From the NCBI GenBank assembly GCA_965247115.1, contig CBDFGR010000003.1, positions 1,856,001 to 1,920,000 of the forward strand: DNA of 64,000 nt. Direction: 5' to 3'. The notes beneath the pieces were generated by a model. It was not told the DNA's origin and did not search any database. It saw only the letters and a program-made list of their open reading frames with translations. Below are positions 36,906 to 47,247 of this stretch, in pieces (the stretch's first letter is position 1; each line of letters begins with the position of its first letter). The DNA comes from Myxococcota bacterium (lineage in GTDB: Bacteria > Myxococcota_A > UBA9160 > SZUA-336). A program made the position numbers and the translations under genes.

Positions 36906-38053
36906 CAATCCTCCAGCGCGGCCCGCACGCCATCGTGGACGATCTTGCCTTCGCACGTGACGAGCGGGCCCCGTGTCAGCTCGTCGTCGAGGTCGAGCTC
37001 GAGCGACTCGCCCGAGAATAGGTGCAGCACGTAGTTCTGCACGTTGCGGGCAAACATGCGGCTCGAGTCCACAGGCACGGAGCTGGCGGCGTTCTCAATG
37101 CCGTGCACACGAACGCCTGCGTGTTCGATGACCTGGCCGGCCTCCGTGAGCTCGCAGTTCCCGCCATGGTCTGCCGCCAGGTCGATGATCACGGAGCCGC
37201 GGCGCATCTTCTCGACCTGGTCCCGGCTGACGAGGACGGGCGCCTGGCGACCTGGTACGAGCGCGCTGCAGATGACGACGTCCGAGTCGGCGATGTGCTT
37301 TGTCAGGAGCTCGTGCTGTCGCTGCCCCTCGGCGGCCGTCTGCCCCCGCGCGTACCCGCTTGCCTGCTCGGCATCCTGCGCAATGGCCTCCTCCGCGACG
37401 AAGCGCGCGCCCAGGCTCGCAACCTGCTCCCTGACGGCGGGGCGGATGTCGAAGGCGGCGACCACGGCCCCCAGGCGTCGTGCCGTCGCGATCGCCTGCA
37501 GACCCGCCACGCCGACCCCGATCACGAGCACGCGAGCCGGCTTCACCGTTCCGGCTGCCGTCATCAGCATCGGCATGAGCCTTGGGAGGTCGTTCGCCGC
37601 GAGCAGCACGGCCTTGTAGCCGGCGATGGTGCTCATGGAGCTCAGGACGTCCTTGTCCTGTGCCAGCGTGGTGCGCGGCATCAGATCCAGCGCAAAGCTC
37701 GTGACCCCCTTCGCCGCCAAGCGCCTCACGAGATCGTGGCGCAGGTAGGGCTCGAGGATTGCGATCAGCCGGCTCCCTTCTCGGAGCATGTCGACTTCGT
37801 GTTTGCCCGTTCCCGGGTGCTCCATCGGGGCCCGCACCTTGACGACCAGATCCGCACCTTCGTAGAGCTGCTGGACTTCGTGGACGATGCGCGCGCCGGC
37901 CTCCTCGAATTCGCCATCCGGGAAGTCCGACCCGGGAGCGCCTGCCTCCACCCAGACCGTGTGACCGGCGCCAACGAGTCGTATCACCGCCTCGGGGACG
38001 AGAGCGATGCGCCGCTCTCCGGCTGCCGCCTCCCGAGGTACAGCGATGATCAC
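36905..38053 (-). CDS. pntA: NAD(P) transhydrogenase alpha subunit part 1
   Basis: ERRIALVP, DVLSSM, GVGVAGLQA, DLAADHGGNC; GTG at 38053 after GGAGG. Confidence 0.93.
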   Translation of the reverse strand: MIIAVPREAAAGERRIALVPEAVIRLVGAGHTVWVEAGAPGSDFPDGEFEEAGARIVHEVQQLYEGADLVVKVRAPMEHPGTGKHEVDMLREGSRLIAILEPYLRHDLVRRLAAKGVTSFALDLMPRTTLAQDKDVLSSMSTIAGYKAVLLAANDLPRLMPMLMTAAGTVKPARVLVIGVGVAGLQAIATARRLGAVVAAFDIRPAVREQVASLGARFVAEEAIAQDAEQASGYARGQTAAEGQRQHELLTKHIADSDVVICSALVPGRQAPVLVSRDQVEKMRRGSVIIDLAADHGGNCELTEAGQVIEHAGVRVHGIENAASSVPVDSSRMFARNVQNYVLHLFSGESLELDLDDELTRGPLVTCEGKIVHDGVRAALED

Positions 38054-38202
38054 TCGAGTCGTTTCCTCCGCGAGGGCGGCCCGCTCGACACCAGCGGATG
38101 AGATGCTTCGCCCGCGCGTCGTGTGCGTCAAAACGCGCTGACCGAGGGTGCGACTACCCTAGCGACACGACTTCAGCCGCGCCATGCTTATTGTCGCCTT
38201 GT

Positions 38203-38384
38203 CTTGTGGGACCCGGCCGCGGGCGTCCGCGGCCACCCACCTCCGCTCAGGCCTGCGGCCTTCGCTGCGCGCGCCGCTCCGCGGCGCTTGCATGGGTGCC
38301 AAGCCCCGTAGGAAGTTGCCCGGTCTCCTCGGAGTCATAACTTGGGGACGGTCCTTAGTCATTACTTCTTTGGCCGAAGTCGGA
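38203..38384 (-). repeat. REP/MITE-like element, long copy
   Basis: CTTGTGGGACCCGGCCGCGG...CTTGCATGGGTGCCAAGCC...GGGGACGGTCCTT...GGCCGAAGTCGGA. Confidence 0.88.
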
Positions 38385-38404
38385 GCTGCGGTTGCTTTGC
38401 GGAG

Positions 38405-39388
38405 TCAGTAGTAGGTCGTGCGTGTCCGGTGTCGGGGGTGGGACTTGTAGCGAGCGGCTGCGCCGCGGGACCAGAGCCAGTCGTCGAGGTGCGCGGCTGT
38501 CAACGCGCTGCCGCGGTCTCGCAGACGCGCGACCAAGAGCTCGACGGCGTGGACTGCACAGGCTCGGATTTCGATCTCTTCCGGGGATCCTGCCGGGATC
38601 TGCTCGGAGCGCTCGATGCGGGCGAGTAGGTCGTCCCGGTACTCCAGCACGCCGTCTACACGCAGCACGTGGGGCACCAGGTTGTCGGCAAAGAGTGTGA
38701 GGCGGTCCAGGTCCCTGAAGCGACCCAGACCGTCCGGCAGGGCTGTGGCCAGGTCTGCGACGCTGAGCTGTGCGCGCTTGAGGAAGGGTACGTCGAGAGC
38801 GTCGTAGCGCGCGACGTCGCGGTAGAGCGGCATCCGGAGCAACGTTCGCACCAGAGCTTCTGCGGAGCCGCTGGCGGAGGCGACAAGCTCGCCAAAGGAT
38901 CCATGGCTCTCGAGCGTGATGAGGACGCCCAGGTCCCGCCACGACTCCGCGTACAGGCGCATCAGCTCGGCGATGGGCTCGGAGGCGGGGTGCTGTCCGA
39001 GCAGGCGGGCCACGCTGCCGGCGTCCACGACGGAGAGCTCGGCTGCGGAGAGGGGTCCCAGCGACTCGAAGCGCTCACACAGGGCGGCCTCGATGGTGCG
39101 GTAGCCCGAGAGCCCGGGGCGCTTGCGCAGCGCAGGGAAGTAGCCGGAGCCGTAGTTGATCGCATCGAGGGCGAGCACATATGCCGCCAGAATCTCAGGG
39201 TCCCCGCCGACGTCGGGAAGGACTGTCACGGGATCGGCATCGAGCTCGAGCGGGAGCGCCTCCGCGTAGGCGTCCAGCCGCTCGGCCACGATGCGGACTT
39301 CGCGGGCGTACGAGGCGACCTCAGCACAGGCGCTGCGCACGGCCTCGAGTGGGTGCCTCTCTAGGTCTGCAGGTAGAGCGCGTCGCAC
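38405..39388 (-). CDS. Queuosine salvage glycosylase/hydrolase (DUF2419/Qng1-like)
   Basis: DAINYGSG, FLKRAQL, LTLFADNLVP, EIEIRA, LDDWLW, HRTRTTYY. Confidence 0.85.
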   Translation of the reverse strand: MRRALPADLERHPLEAVRSACAEVASYAREVRIVAERLDAYAEALPLELDADPVTVLPDVGGDPEILAAYVLALDAINYGSGYFPALRKRPGLSGYRTIEAALCERFESLGPLSAAELSVVDAGSVARLLGQHPASEPIAELMRLYAESWRDLGVLITLESHGSFGELVASASGSAEALVRTLLRMPLYRDVARYDALDVPFLKRAQLSVADLATALPDGLGRFRDLDRLTLFADNLVPHVLRVDGVLEYRDDLLARIERSEQIPAGSPEEIEIRACAVHAVELLVARLRDRGSALTAAHLDDWLWSRGAAARYKSHPRHRTRTTYY

Positions 39389-39448
39389 TTCGCCGCGAAC
39401 ACGAGGTCCGCTTCGTGCAGGGTAGACATGGCCCGTCCTCTCCTCGAT

Positions 39449-42010
39449 CTAGGTCAGCGCGCGCAGCCAGCCTCTCAGCTCAGGGACGGCGCGTTGGCGC
39501 AGCTCGGCGTCGAGCTCGAAGCGCTCCAGCGCCTGCTTGAGCGCGCGTGCTGCTGTGGGAATGGGGTGGATCCGGAAGAAGGCACCGACCTGGCGACGGT
39601 AGAGTGGCCGCTGCAGGGCGGGCAGTGCCAGGATTAGCCGCGGTGCCAGGCCAGGGGAGACCCGAGGCGAAAGGTCTTGCCAGCGCGCCCGGATGAACTC
39701 CCAGCTCCGTTCGCGCGCCGCGGGGTTGGCGAACAGGCGTCCGAGTAAGATCACCACGTCCTGTGTCGGGATGTCTTCCGACAGGCTGAGGGCCAGGGTC
39801 CGGTCGATCAGAGCGGGGTCGCGAAAGGCAGCGAGCGCCTGCTGAAAGCGCGTCTTCTCTTGCGGCGTGTTCGCGCGCTTCATCGCGCGCAGGTAGGCGT
39901 CGTAGCGACCCTTGTGTCCATGGCGGGCCGCGAGCTCGACCACCGGTCCGGCGAGGTTCGCGTCGAGCGAGGAGCGATCCTTCAGATATTCGCGGACGCG
40001 GGCCTCCGCTTCGGCGAGCACGTCTGGCTGCTCGGCCAGCCCGCCGAGGATTCGAATCAGCGTCGCACGGCGCTGGCGTTGTGCGTCGGGCTCGCTCCGC
40101 GCGGGGACCCAGCCAAGCTCGGCCAACGAGGGGGCAAAGAGCTCCGACAGCCAGGCGCGGAAGCGGGCGGCGAGGGACGCTCGCAGGCGGGGCAGGACCT
40201 GGTCCTCGAGCCAGCTCAGGGGTGCGATGAGGCGCTCGAGCACTTCGGGCTCGGGTTCCCGGGAGAGACTCGACACCAGGTCCAGCAGATCGGCCAGCTC
40301 GGCCCTGGCCGCTCGATAGCCCGCCCACTGGTGCCCGAGCAGGCCCATCCGTTCTACCGCGGAGAGCCGGTTTGTGTCCTGTCCCAGCGAGCGGAGCAGG
40401 ACGCTCGTGTGCAGCGGTCGATAAAAGCCCGACTCGTCGGCGTTGGCGTAGACCCAGCGCACGTCTTCGGCGGGGTCCAGGTCGAACCGCGAGCTCTTGC
40501 CTTCGAGCAGTACGCGCTCGAGTCGGCTGCGCCCCCGCGCCGGCTGCACACGCAGCACCGCAGGGATGGGCCAGTGCCCGGGGGCGTCGGCTGCACGCTG
40601 CCGCGGGCTCGAGCGGAAGCGTTCCTGACGGAACTCGAGCCGGGGCTGCCCCTTCCCTGAGCTCATTCGAACCACAAGCAGAGGAAAGCCCGGGCGCTCG
40701 ATCCAGGGTCGGACCACGGACTGGATGGGGCGTCCGGAGGCCGCTTCCAGGGCGTTCCATAGGTCGGCCGCGCGCGCGTTCCCCTCCCTGTGCTTTCGGA
40801 TGTAGGCACGCACGCCCTTGCGGAATGTGCGGGCGCCGAGCCAGCGCTCGACCATCCGCACCACGGAAGCGCCCTTCTCGTAAGTGATGGCGTCGAAGTT
40901 CTCGGTCGCCTCGTCGGGCGTTCCGACTTCCGCGTAGATCGGGTGGGTGTTTTCGAGCCCGTCGAGCGCATAGGCGGCCGCGCGGTGCTGATCGAAGTCG
41001 AGCCACATGCGCCACTCCGGCTTCCACTGATCGACGACAGTGAACGCCATCCATGTGGCGAAGGCCTCGTTGAGCCAGAGGTCGTCCCACCACTCCATGG
41101 TGACGAGATCGCCGTACCACATGTGCGCAAGCTCGTGCGCGATGACCTCTGCGACCCGCTTCTGCTCCGCGAGCGTGACCGTCCTGGGATCGAGCAGGAG
41201 CAGACTCTCGCGAAAGGTGACCGCCCCGGCATTCTCCATGGCACCGAACTCGAAGTCCGGCACGGCGATGAGGTCGAGCTTGCCGTAGGGGTAGGGCAGT
41301 CCGAAATACTTCTCCAGCCGTCCGAGGGACTCCACAGCGGCCTCGAGCGCGAAGCCCGCGAGATGTTTCTTGCCGGGCACGGACCAGACACGAATCGGTG
41401 TAGGGCCGAGACGGCGCGTGCGAGAGGCCTCCAGCTCGCCCACGATCAGCGCGATCAGGTAGGTCGAGAGCGGGGGTGTCTCTGCGAAGCTGACGGTCTT
41501 GCTCCGGCCCCGCTTTCGCGTGCGAATGAGCGCCCCGTTAGAGACGACAGAGTTGCGCTCCGGCGTTGTGACCTGCAGGTGGAAGCGCGCCTTCATGTCC
41601 GGCTCGTCGAAGCAGGGAAAGAAGCGCCGTGCGTCCGCGGCCTCGAGCTGCGTTGCGGCGTAGCGTCGCCGGCCCGAGCGGGCCAGGTAGAGGCCGCGCA
41701 GGTCCGAGCGCAACGGCCCCTCGAACTCGAGCCGCAGCTGAGCTTGCCCAGGGCGGAGCCTGCGGGCGAGGTCGATGCGGAGGGTCTCGCGCTTGTCGTC
41801 AAGGCGACTGCCGCGGACCTCGATCGGTCCATCGGTATCGCCAACTACGATTGTCCGGATTGTGAGCTCGACTGCGTGAAGCTCGATCTCGGCCGTTCCC
41901 CTGTGAACGGCAAGCTCGATCTCCACCTCGCCCCGATATTCGTCCGCTCGGGGGTCGACCGTGAGGTGGAGATTGTAGGAGCAGGGCAGCGTGGAGCGGG
42001 AGAGGCGCAT
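39449..42010 (-). CDS. M1 family aminopeptidase with ERAP1-like C-terminal domain
   Basis: ARRFFPCFDEP, GAMEN, HELAH-x18-E (WLNE), ITYEKG. Confidence 0.93.
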   Translation of the reverse strand: MRLSRSTLPCSYNLHLTVDPRADEYRGEVEIELAVHRGTAEIELHAVELTIRTIVVGDTDGPIEVRGSRLDDKRETLRIDLARRLRPGQAQLRLEFEGPLRSDLRGLYLARSGRRRYAATQLEAADARRFFPCFDEPDMKARFHLQVTTPERNSVVSNGALIRTRKRGRSKTVSFAETPPLSTYLIALIVGELEASRTRRLGPTPIRVWSVPGKKHLAGFALEAAVESLGRLEKYFGLPYPYGKLDLIAVPDFEFGAMENAGAVTFRESLLLLDPRTVTLAEQKRVAEVIAHELAHMWYGDLVTMEWWDDLWLNEAFATWMAFTVVDQWKPEWRMWLDFDQHRAAAYALDGLENTHPIYAEVGTPDEATENFDAITYEKGASVVRMVERWLGARTFRKGVRAYIRKHREGNARAADLWNALEAASGRPIQSVVRPWIERPGFPLLVVRMSSGKGQPRLEFRQERFRSSPRQRAADAPGHWPIPAVLRVQPARGRSRLERVLLEGKSSRFDLDPAEDVRWVYANADESGFYRPLHTSVLLRSLGQDTNRLSAVERMGLLGHQWAGYRAARAELADLLDLVSSLSREPEPEVLERLIAPLSWLEDQVLPRLRASLAARFRAWLSELFAPSLAELGWVPARSEPDAQRQRRATLIRILGGLAEQPDVLAEAEARVREYLKDRSSLDANLAGPVVELAARHGHKGRYDAYLRAMKRANTPQEKTRFQQALAAFRDPALIDRTLALSLSEDIPTQDVVILLGRLFANPAARERSWEFIRARWQDLSPRVSPGLAPRLILALPALQRPLYRRQVGAFFRIHPIPTAARALKQALERFELDAELRQRAVPELRGWLRALT

Positions 42011-42100
42011 CGCCAGCGCGGATCTTAGTCTGCCCCCAGGGGCACCGAAAGCCCCGCAGCACTTGAACTCCCATCGAGTCCCCGCTTAGGTCTTTTCAGC

Positions 42101-43564
42101 ATGCCCGTGACACCAGGCTACGTCCTTGCTCTCGATCTGGGCTCGACGAGTGTGCGTGCCCTCCTTGTGGCTGCGAGCGGCAGCATCTGTGCGCGCGCCC
42201 AACGTCCGCTGTCGGCCGCGTTTCCCCGGCGCGGCTGGGTCGAGCAGGACCCGAACGAGATGTGGCGGCTCGGGGTCGAGGCGTTGCGCGAGGTGATGTC
42301 ACGGACCAGTGTCGATCCTCACGAGGTTGCTGCTCTGGGTGTGGTCACCCAGCGCGCCACGGCACACTGCTGGGACGCGGTGACCGGAGAGCCGCTTGCT
42401 CCCGCGATCAGCTGGCAGGACACACGCACGGCGGAGCGGGTACGCGCGCTGCGCGACCTCGGGCTTCCGATCAACACGCTGGCAACCGCGACCAAGTTCG
42501 AGTGGCTGCTCCGGAACGAGTCGCGCGTGGGCGAGGCAGCCCGGGAGGGTCGACTGCGGCTGGGCACTCCAGACGCCTGGCTCACGTCCAGGCTCACGAG
42601 CTCCGGCGCGCACGTGACGGATCCCGGAAGTGCGTCGTGCACGGCGCTCCTCGACTCCACAGCAGGGGACTGGGCGCCCGGGCTGCTGGAGCTCTTTCAT
42701 GTTCCGCACGAGGTGCTGCCCGAGGTCGTAGCAACGAGCCAGGTGGTGGGTACGACTCATCGCGACCTGCTGGGCGCTCCCATTGCGGTGGCCGCTCGAG
42801 CAGGGGATCAGCAGGCGGCCGCGTTCGCCCAGGGCGTTCACGCCAAAGGGCAGGCCAAGCTCACGCTCGGGACGTCGGCGATGCTCGATCTGCACGTGGG
42901 TAGCGCCCCCGTCGTGCCAGAGCCCGGGAGCTACCCGCTCGTGCTCTGGGGTCTCGGCGACTCGGAGCTGGCTCATTGCCTGGAGGCGAGTGTGATCACC
43001 GCGGGGGCCGCCCTCGACTGGTTGGCCGAGCTCGGCGTCGGCGCGGACGCGGGCGAAGTGGATCGGTTGGCCCGCGAAGCGGACTCGACTGGGGGAGTGC
43101 TCTTCGTGCCGGCCCTTCAAGGACTGGGCTCGCCCTTCCTCGACGAGAGCGCGACGGCCATGTTCGCCGGTCTGACACGTGGCTCAGGGAGATCCGAGCT
43201 CGCACGCGCGGTCCTGGAGGGCGTCGCGCACCGCTGCGTCGACCTGTGCGAGACCCTGAAGCCCGCGGGAGAGCTGCCTGCGGACGGCGGGCTCGCGCGA
43301 AGCGACTTCCTGCTGCAGGCTATCGCCGACCTCGGCGGCGTAGAGATCCTCCGCGCGGCCGAGCCAGAGACCACGGGGTTGGGCGCTGCCTTCCTCGCCG
43401 GCCTCGCCACCGAGGTCTTTGCGAGCCCCGCCGACTGCCGAGCCCGCCTCCCCGCGCCCACTCGCTTCGCCCCCCGCACCGACGCTCACCACCGGAGCGC
43501 TGAGCGTAGCCGCTGGCGCACCCTCCTCGAGCGGAACGTGGGGACGGTCCTCAATGGGACCTAG
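42101..43564 (+). CDS. FGGY carbohydrate kinase (glycerol kinase-like)
   Basis: LDLGSTSVR, WVEQDP, QRAT, WQD, GDQQAA, TLGT, DGG, ETTGLGAA. Confidence 0.88.
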   Translation: MPVTPGYVLALDLGSTSVRALLVAASGSICARAQRPLSAAFPRRGWVEQDPNEMWRLGVEALREVMSRTSVDPHEVAALGVVTQRATAHCWDAVTGEPLAPAISWQDTRTAERVRALRDLGLPINTLATATKFEWLLRNESRVGEAAREGRLRLGTPDAWLTSRLTSSGAHVTDPGSASCTALLDSTAGDWAPGLLELFHVPHEVLPEVVATSQVVGTTHRDLLGAPIAVAARAGDQQAAAFAQGVHAKGQAKLTLGTSAMLDLHVGSAPVVPEPGSYPLVLWGLGDSELAHCLEASVITAGAALDWLAELGVGADAGEVDRLAREADSTGGVLFVPALQGLGSPFLDESATAMFAGLTRGSGRSELARAVLEGVAHRCVDLCETLKPAGELPADGGLARSDFLLQAIADLGGVEILRAAEPETTGLGAAFLAGLATEVFASPADCRARLPAPTRFAPRTDAHHRSAERSRWRTLLERNVGTVLNGT

Positions 43565-43611
43565 CTCCGCTGCTGGGCCACGCGGAAGAATTCGGTAGAG
43601 AACCGTCCCCA
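43540..43611. repeat. Partial REP-like element (GGGGACGGT / ACCGTCCCC inverted pair)
   Basis: Same terminal motif as the longer copies; overlaps the last codons of the kinase. Confidence 0.5.
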
Positions 43612-43642
43612 GGTTCCGGTTCTCGGCGTGTAGAATTGCGGG

Positions 43643-43993
43643 ATGCGTATTACACGGCTCTATACGGGGGACGACGGCGAGACTCATTTCGAGGATGTGG
43701 AGCCGAAGCTCGAGGCCGGGGGGGGTGTGGGACGGATGTCAGAGCTCGAGGGGGCGACGGGCATCGTGTTTCGCGAGACCGACGGCGGCTACGACCTCGA
43801 CTTCCACAACGCGCCGCGCCGGCAGTACGTCATCAACCTGGAAGGCTCGGTGGAGATAGAGACGGGCGACGGCACGAAGCGCGTCTTTGGCCCGGGCGAC
43901 ATCCTCCTTGCGGAGGACCTGACAGGACGCGGCCACATCAGCCGGGCCGTTGGCGGGCAGGCTCGCCGCAGCATTTTCGTCACGTTGGACTGA
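43643..43993 (+). CDS. Cupin-like protein
   Basis: RLYTGDDGETHF, FHNAPRRQY, GDILLAEDLTGRGH. Confidence 0.8.
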   Translation: MRITRLYTGDDGETHFEDVEPKLEAGGGVGRMSELEGATGIVFRETDGGYDLDFHNAPRRQYVINLEGSVEIETGDGTKRVFGPGDILLAEDLTGRGHISRAVGGQARRSIFVTLD

Positions 43994-44010
43994 AGACGAC
44001 GGGAGGGAGC

Positions 44011-44889
44011 GTGAGTATCTCCGCGGCCGAGCGCTACGAGAAGAAAACGCTCGACGTGCTCGGCAAGCGAATGGCGTACGTCGACGTGGGGAGCGGCGAT
44101 CCGATCGTCTTTCTCCACGGGAACCCGACCTCGTCTTATCTGTGGCGCAACATCATTCCCCATGTAGAGGGACAGGCACGCTGCATAGCGCCCGACCTGA
44201 TCGGGATGGGCGACTCCGAGAAGCTCGAGCCAAGCGGGCCGGAAAGCTACACGTTCCTGGAACACAGCCGCTATCTGGACGCTTTCTTCGCGGGCTTGAA
44301 CCTCGACCGCAACGTTGTGCTCGTCATACACGACTGGGGCTCCGCGCTCGGCTTCTACTGGGCGGAGCGCAATCCGACAGCAGTCCGCGGGATCGCGTAC
44401 ATGGAGAGCATCGTCCAGCCTCTGACCTGGGATACGTGGCCGCCGCCCGCCAGGGACGTCTTCAAGGCGCTTCGCTCCGAGCACGGCGAGGCGCTGATTC
44501 TCGAGCAGAACATCTTCGTCGAGCAGATCCTACCTGGCGCGATCCAGAGGGAGCTCAGCCCTGCGGAGCTCGAGGTCTACCGCAGGCCATATCTGGAGGC
44601 CGGCGAGAGCCGCCGGCCGACCCTGACCTGGCCCCGCCAGATCCCGCTCGAGGGCGAGCCGAAGGACGTCGTTCGTGTCGTCGACGCCTACGGCCGCTGG
44701 CTCGCAGAGAGCGACGTGCCAAAGCTCTTCGTAAACGGCGAGCCTGGAGCAATCCTGCGCGGACCCCAGCGCGACTTCTGTCGCGGCTGGCCCAACCAGA
44801 CCGAGATAACCGTCCCCGGCTCGCACTTCATCCAGGAAGACTCCCCCCACGAGATCGGCGAAGCCCTCTCCCGCTGGTACGACGCCTAG
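44011..44889 (+). CDS. Haloalkane dehalogenase (LinB/DhaA-like)
   Basis: HGNPTSSYLWRN, APDLIGMG, HDWGS, WPRQIP, HFIQED. Confidence 0.92.
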   Translation: MSISAAERYEKKTLDVLGKRMAYVDVGSGDPIVFLHGNPTSSYLWRNIIPHVEGQARCIAPDLIGMGDSEKLEPSGPESYTFLEHSRYLDAFFAGLNLDRNVVLVIHDWGSALGFYWAERNPTAVRGIAYMESIVQPLTWDTWPPPARDVFKALRSEHGEALILEQNIFVEQILPGAIQRELSPAELEVYRRPYLEAGESRRPTLTWPRQIPLEGEPKDVVRVVDAYGRWLAESDVPKLFVNGEPGAILRGPQRDFCRGWPNQTEITVPGSHFIQEDSPHEIGEALSRWYDA

Positions 44890-44890
44890 C

Positions 44891-45116
44891 TGAACGAATG
44901 TCCCCAAAGTCCCACCTCAGTGACCAGAGGTTCCGACTTCGGCCAAGCAACTTATGATCAAGGACCGTCCCCAAGTTATAATTCCGTGGAGAACGGGCAA
45001 CGTCCTACGAGGCTTGGCAACCCTGCAAGCGCCGCGAACGCGGCGCGCGCAGCGAAGGCCTCTGGCCTGAGCGAAGGTGGGTGGCCCGCGGCCGCCCGCG
45101 GGCCGGGTCCCACAAG
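44891..45116 (+). repeat. REP/MITE-like element, apparently full-length (~225 bp)
   Basis: TGAACGAATG...TTCCGACTTCGGCC...AAGGACCGTCCCCAAG...GGGTCCCACAAG; collinear with ~26996-27224. Confidence 0.88.
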
Positions 45117-45121
45117 GCGGG

Positions 45122-46600
45122 CTAGACGCTCGCGAGGCGCGTCCGGTAACGCGCGTAGTGCAGCATGTGCGCCAGGGCGTTCACCGCGCGATGGCCGGAC
45201 GGGAAGGGCAAGCGTCCGGATTCCTTGACACCGAGCGGGCCCGGGTTGCCGTACGCACGATCCGTGTAGACCAGGTCGGAGGCGACGAGGATCGGCTTTG
45301 CGTGGTGCTCGCTCGCCTCGGCAGCGGCCCGAGCATAGCGCCCGTCCTGTGACTGGTGGAACTTGACCATGCGGTCCAGGCCGAAGTCTGGATGGAACGG
45401 CCCGCTTTGGAAGACGTTCGCCTGCGCTGCCTGAATGCCGATGCCCAGATAGATGATCGCGTCGACGTCGGGATGCGCGGCCATCAGCTCCAGCACCTCC
45501 GGCACGGTGTCACGCGTCTCTCCCCCGGCCAGGTCGATCGGGTTGCCACGGCTCCAGCGCGAAGGCACCAGGCCGTCGATCTGCTCGCGCAAATCCTCGG
45601 GAAGCGGGATGAGCTCGAGGCCAGCCCGCGCGCAGGCGTCGGCCGTCAACACTCCCCAGCCGCCGGCCACGGTAAACACCAGTGTCCTTGGCCCGCGCGG
45701 CAGGGGCTGGCACGCAAAGCTGGCCGCGGTGTCGTATGCCTCTTCGACGGTGGGGGCGCGGGTGATGCCCGCCTGCCTGCAGACACCTGCAAAGACGCGC
45801 TCGTCGGATGCCAGCGCGCCGGTGTGGCTCGCGGCGGCTTGCTTGCCCCCGCGCGAGACGCCGCCCCGCACGACGACCAGCGGCTTGCGCTTCGTGTGGG
45901 ATCGCGCCACCTCGAGGAAGCGCCTGCCGTCCTGCAGGCCCTCCACGTACGCCAGGCTCACGGCGGTGTCGGGATCTTCGGCGTAGTACTCCAGGTAATC
46001 CGCCAGCTCGAGCTGTGCGCTGTTGCCGATGGAGATTCCCTTGGAAAAGCCCACCCCCGTGAGGCTCCCGTAGTTCATGAAGCTCGAGCCCAGGTTCCCG
46101 CTCTGGCTCACCATCGAGATCGGCCCGGGGGGTGGATACGGCGCCACGATCTGCGCGAACATCGACACGGGCGTGGAGATCAGTCCCTGCCCGTTGGGGC
46201 CTGCGATCACGATGCCGAGCTTCTTCCCGAGCTCCACGAGACGTCGTTCGAGCTCGCGACCTCGCTCGTCCGCTTCGGCGTAGCCGGCAGAGGCGACGAA
46301 GGCCGCACTCACGCCGACCTGCGCGCACTCGCGCAGGAGCTCCTCGTTCACCTGATTGGGTGTACAAACGAACACGAGATCCGCCTCGCCCTTTGGCACC
46401 TCGAGCACGCTCTTGTACGTGCGGTGCCCCAGGATCTCGGTGCCCTCGCGGTTGATGCCGAAGACGCGGCCTTTGTAGCCCATGGACAGCAGGTTGTGAT
46501 ACGCGACCGTCCCGAACTTGCCAGGATGGGCGGACACGCCGGTCACGATCACCCCCTGGGGGAGAAAGAGCGGCCGCAGTCGGTCCAGCACCTGGTTCAC
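45122..46600 (-). CDS. Acyl-CoA synthetase (NDP-forming) alpha subunit
   Basis: CoA-binding fold, GPNGQG, VSQSG, YVEG, phospho-His motif AASHTGALA, NPIDL. Confidence 0.88.
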   Translation of the reverse strand: MNQVLDRLRPLFLPQGVIVTGVSAHPGKFGTVAYHNLLSMGYKGRVFGINREGTEILGHRTYKSVLEVPKGEADLVFVCTPNQVNEELLRECAQVGVSAAFVASAGYAEADERGRELERRLVELGKKLGIVIAGPNGQGLISTPVSMFAQIVAPYPPPGPISMVSQSGNLGSSFMNYGSLTGVGFSKGISIGNSAQLELADYLEYYAEDPDTAVSLAYVEGLQDGRRFLEVARSHTKRKPLVVVRGGVSRGGKQAAASHTGALASDERVFAGVCRQAGITRAPTVEEAYDTAASFACQPLPRGPRTLVFTVAGGWGVLTADACARAGLELIPLPEDLREQIDGLVPSRWSRGNPIDLAGGETRDTVPEVLELMAAHPDVDAIIYLGIGIQAAQANVFQSGPFHPDFGLDRMVKFHQSQDGRYARAAAEASEHHAKPILVASDLVYTDRAYGNPGPLGVKESGRLPFPSGHRAVNALAHMLHYARYRTRLASV

Positions 46601-47247
46601 GCCGGATCCACTTCGACCAGGGCGTCGACGATCACGGGCTCCGCACCGGAGATGATGAGCGGGTTGAGATCGATGGAGTGGATCTCCGGTCGTTCGAGAC
46701 CGATGCGCCCCAGGCCCTCGAGAACAAAGCCAAGTTTCTCTCGGTCGACTGGGGGCTCACCCCGAAACGCGTCGAGGATCTCGCGGTGCTCCAGCGCATC
46801 GATCAGATCGCCTGCGTCCCAGCGTTCCAGCGGAGCGACCGCGAACGCAACATCGTTCAGCGCCTCCGCGAAGATCCCGCCCAGGCCAAGCATCACGCAG
46901 GGTCCGAACTGCGCGTCGTGCAGCAGCCCCGCAATCAGCTCGCGCCGGCCGTTTACCATGCGTGCGACCAGCAGGCCGGCCTTGCTCTCTTCGGGTCCCC
47001 GCAACCCAAGCAGCGCCTCCGCCTCGGCCGCGACGCGAGTCGGCGTGTCCAGCCCCAGGCGCACGAGGTCGCGTTCGCTCTTGTGCGCGACGCCGCGCCC
47101 GCACAGCTTGAGCGCAACGGGATAACCGAGCCCTTCAGCGGCGCAGATCGCCAGCTCGGCGTCCTCGACCAGGTACTCGGGCGGGACCGGGATGCCGAAC
47201 GTCTCGAGGAGTCGCTTCGACTCGAACTCTGAGAGGGTCGTGGCCAC
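46597..47247 (-). CDS. Acyl-CoA synthetase (NDP-forming) beta/ATP-grasp subunit
   Basis: LSEFESK, GYPVALK, HKSE, FGPCVMLGLGG, DLNP. Confidence 0.88.
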   Translation of the reverse strand: MATTLSEFESKRLLETFGIPVPPEYLVEDAELAICAAEGLGYPVALKLCGRGVAHKSERDLVRLGLDTPTRVAAEAEALLGLRGPEESKAGLLVARMVNGRRELIAGLLHDAQFGPCVMLGLGGIFAEALNDVAFAVAPLERWDAGDLIDALEHREILDAFRGEPPVDREKLGFVLEGLGRIGLERPEIHSIDLNPLIISGAEPVIVDALVEVDPA

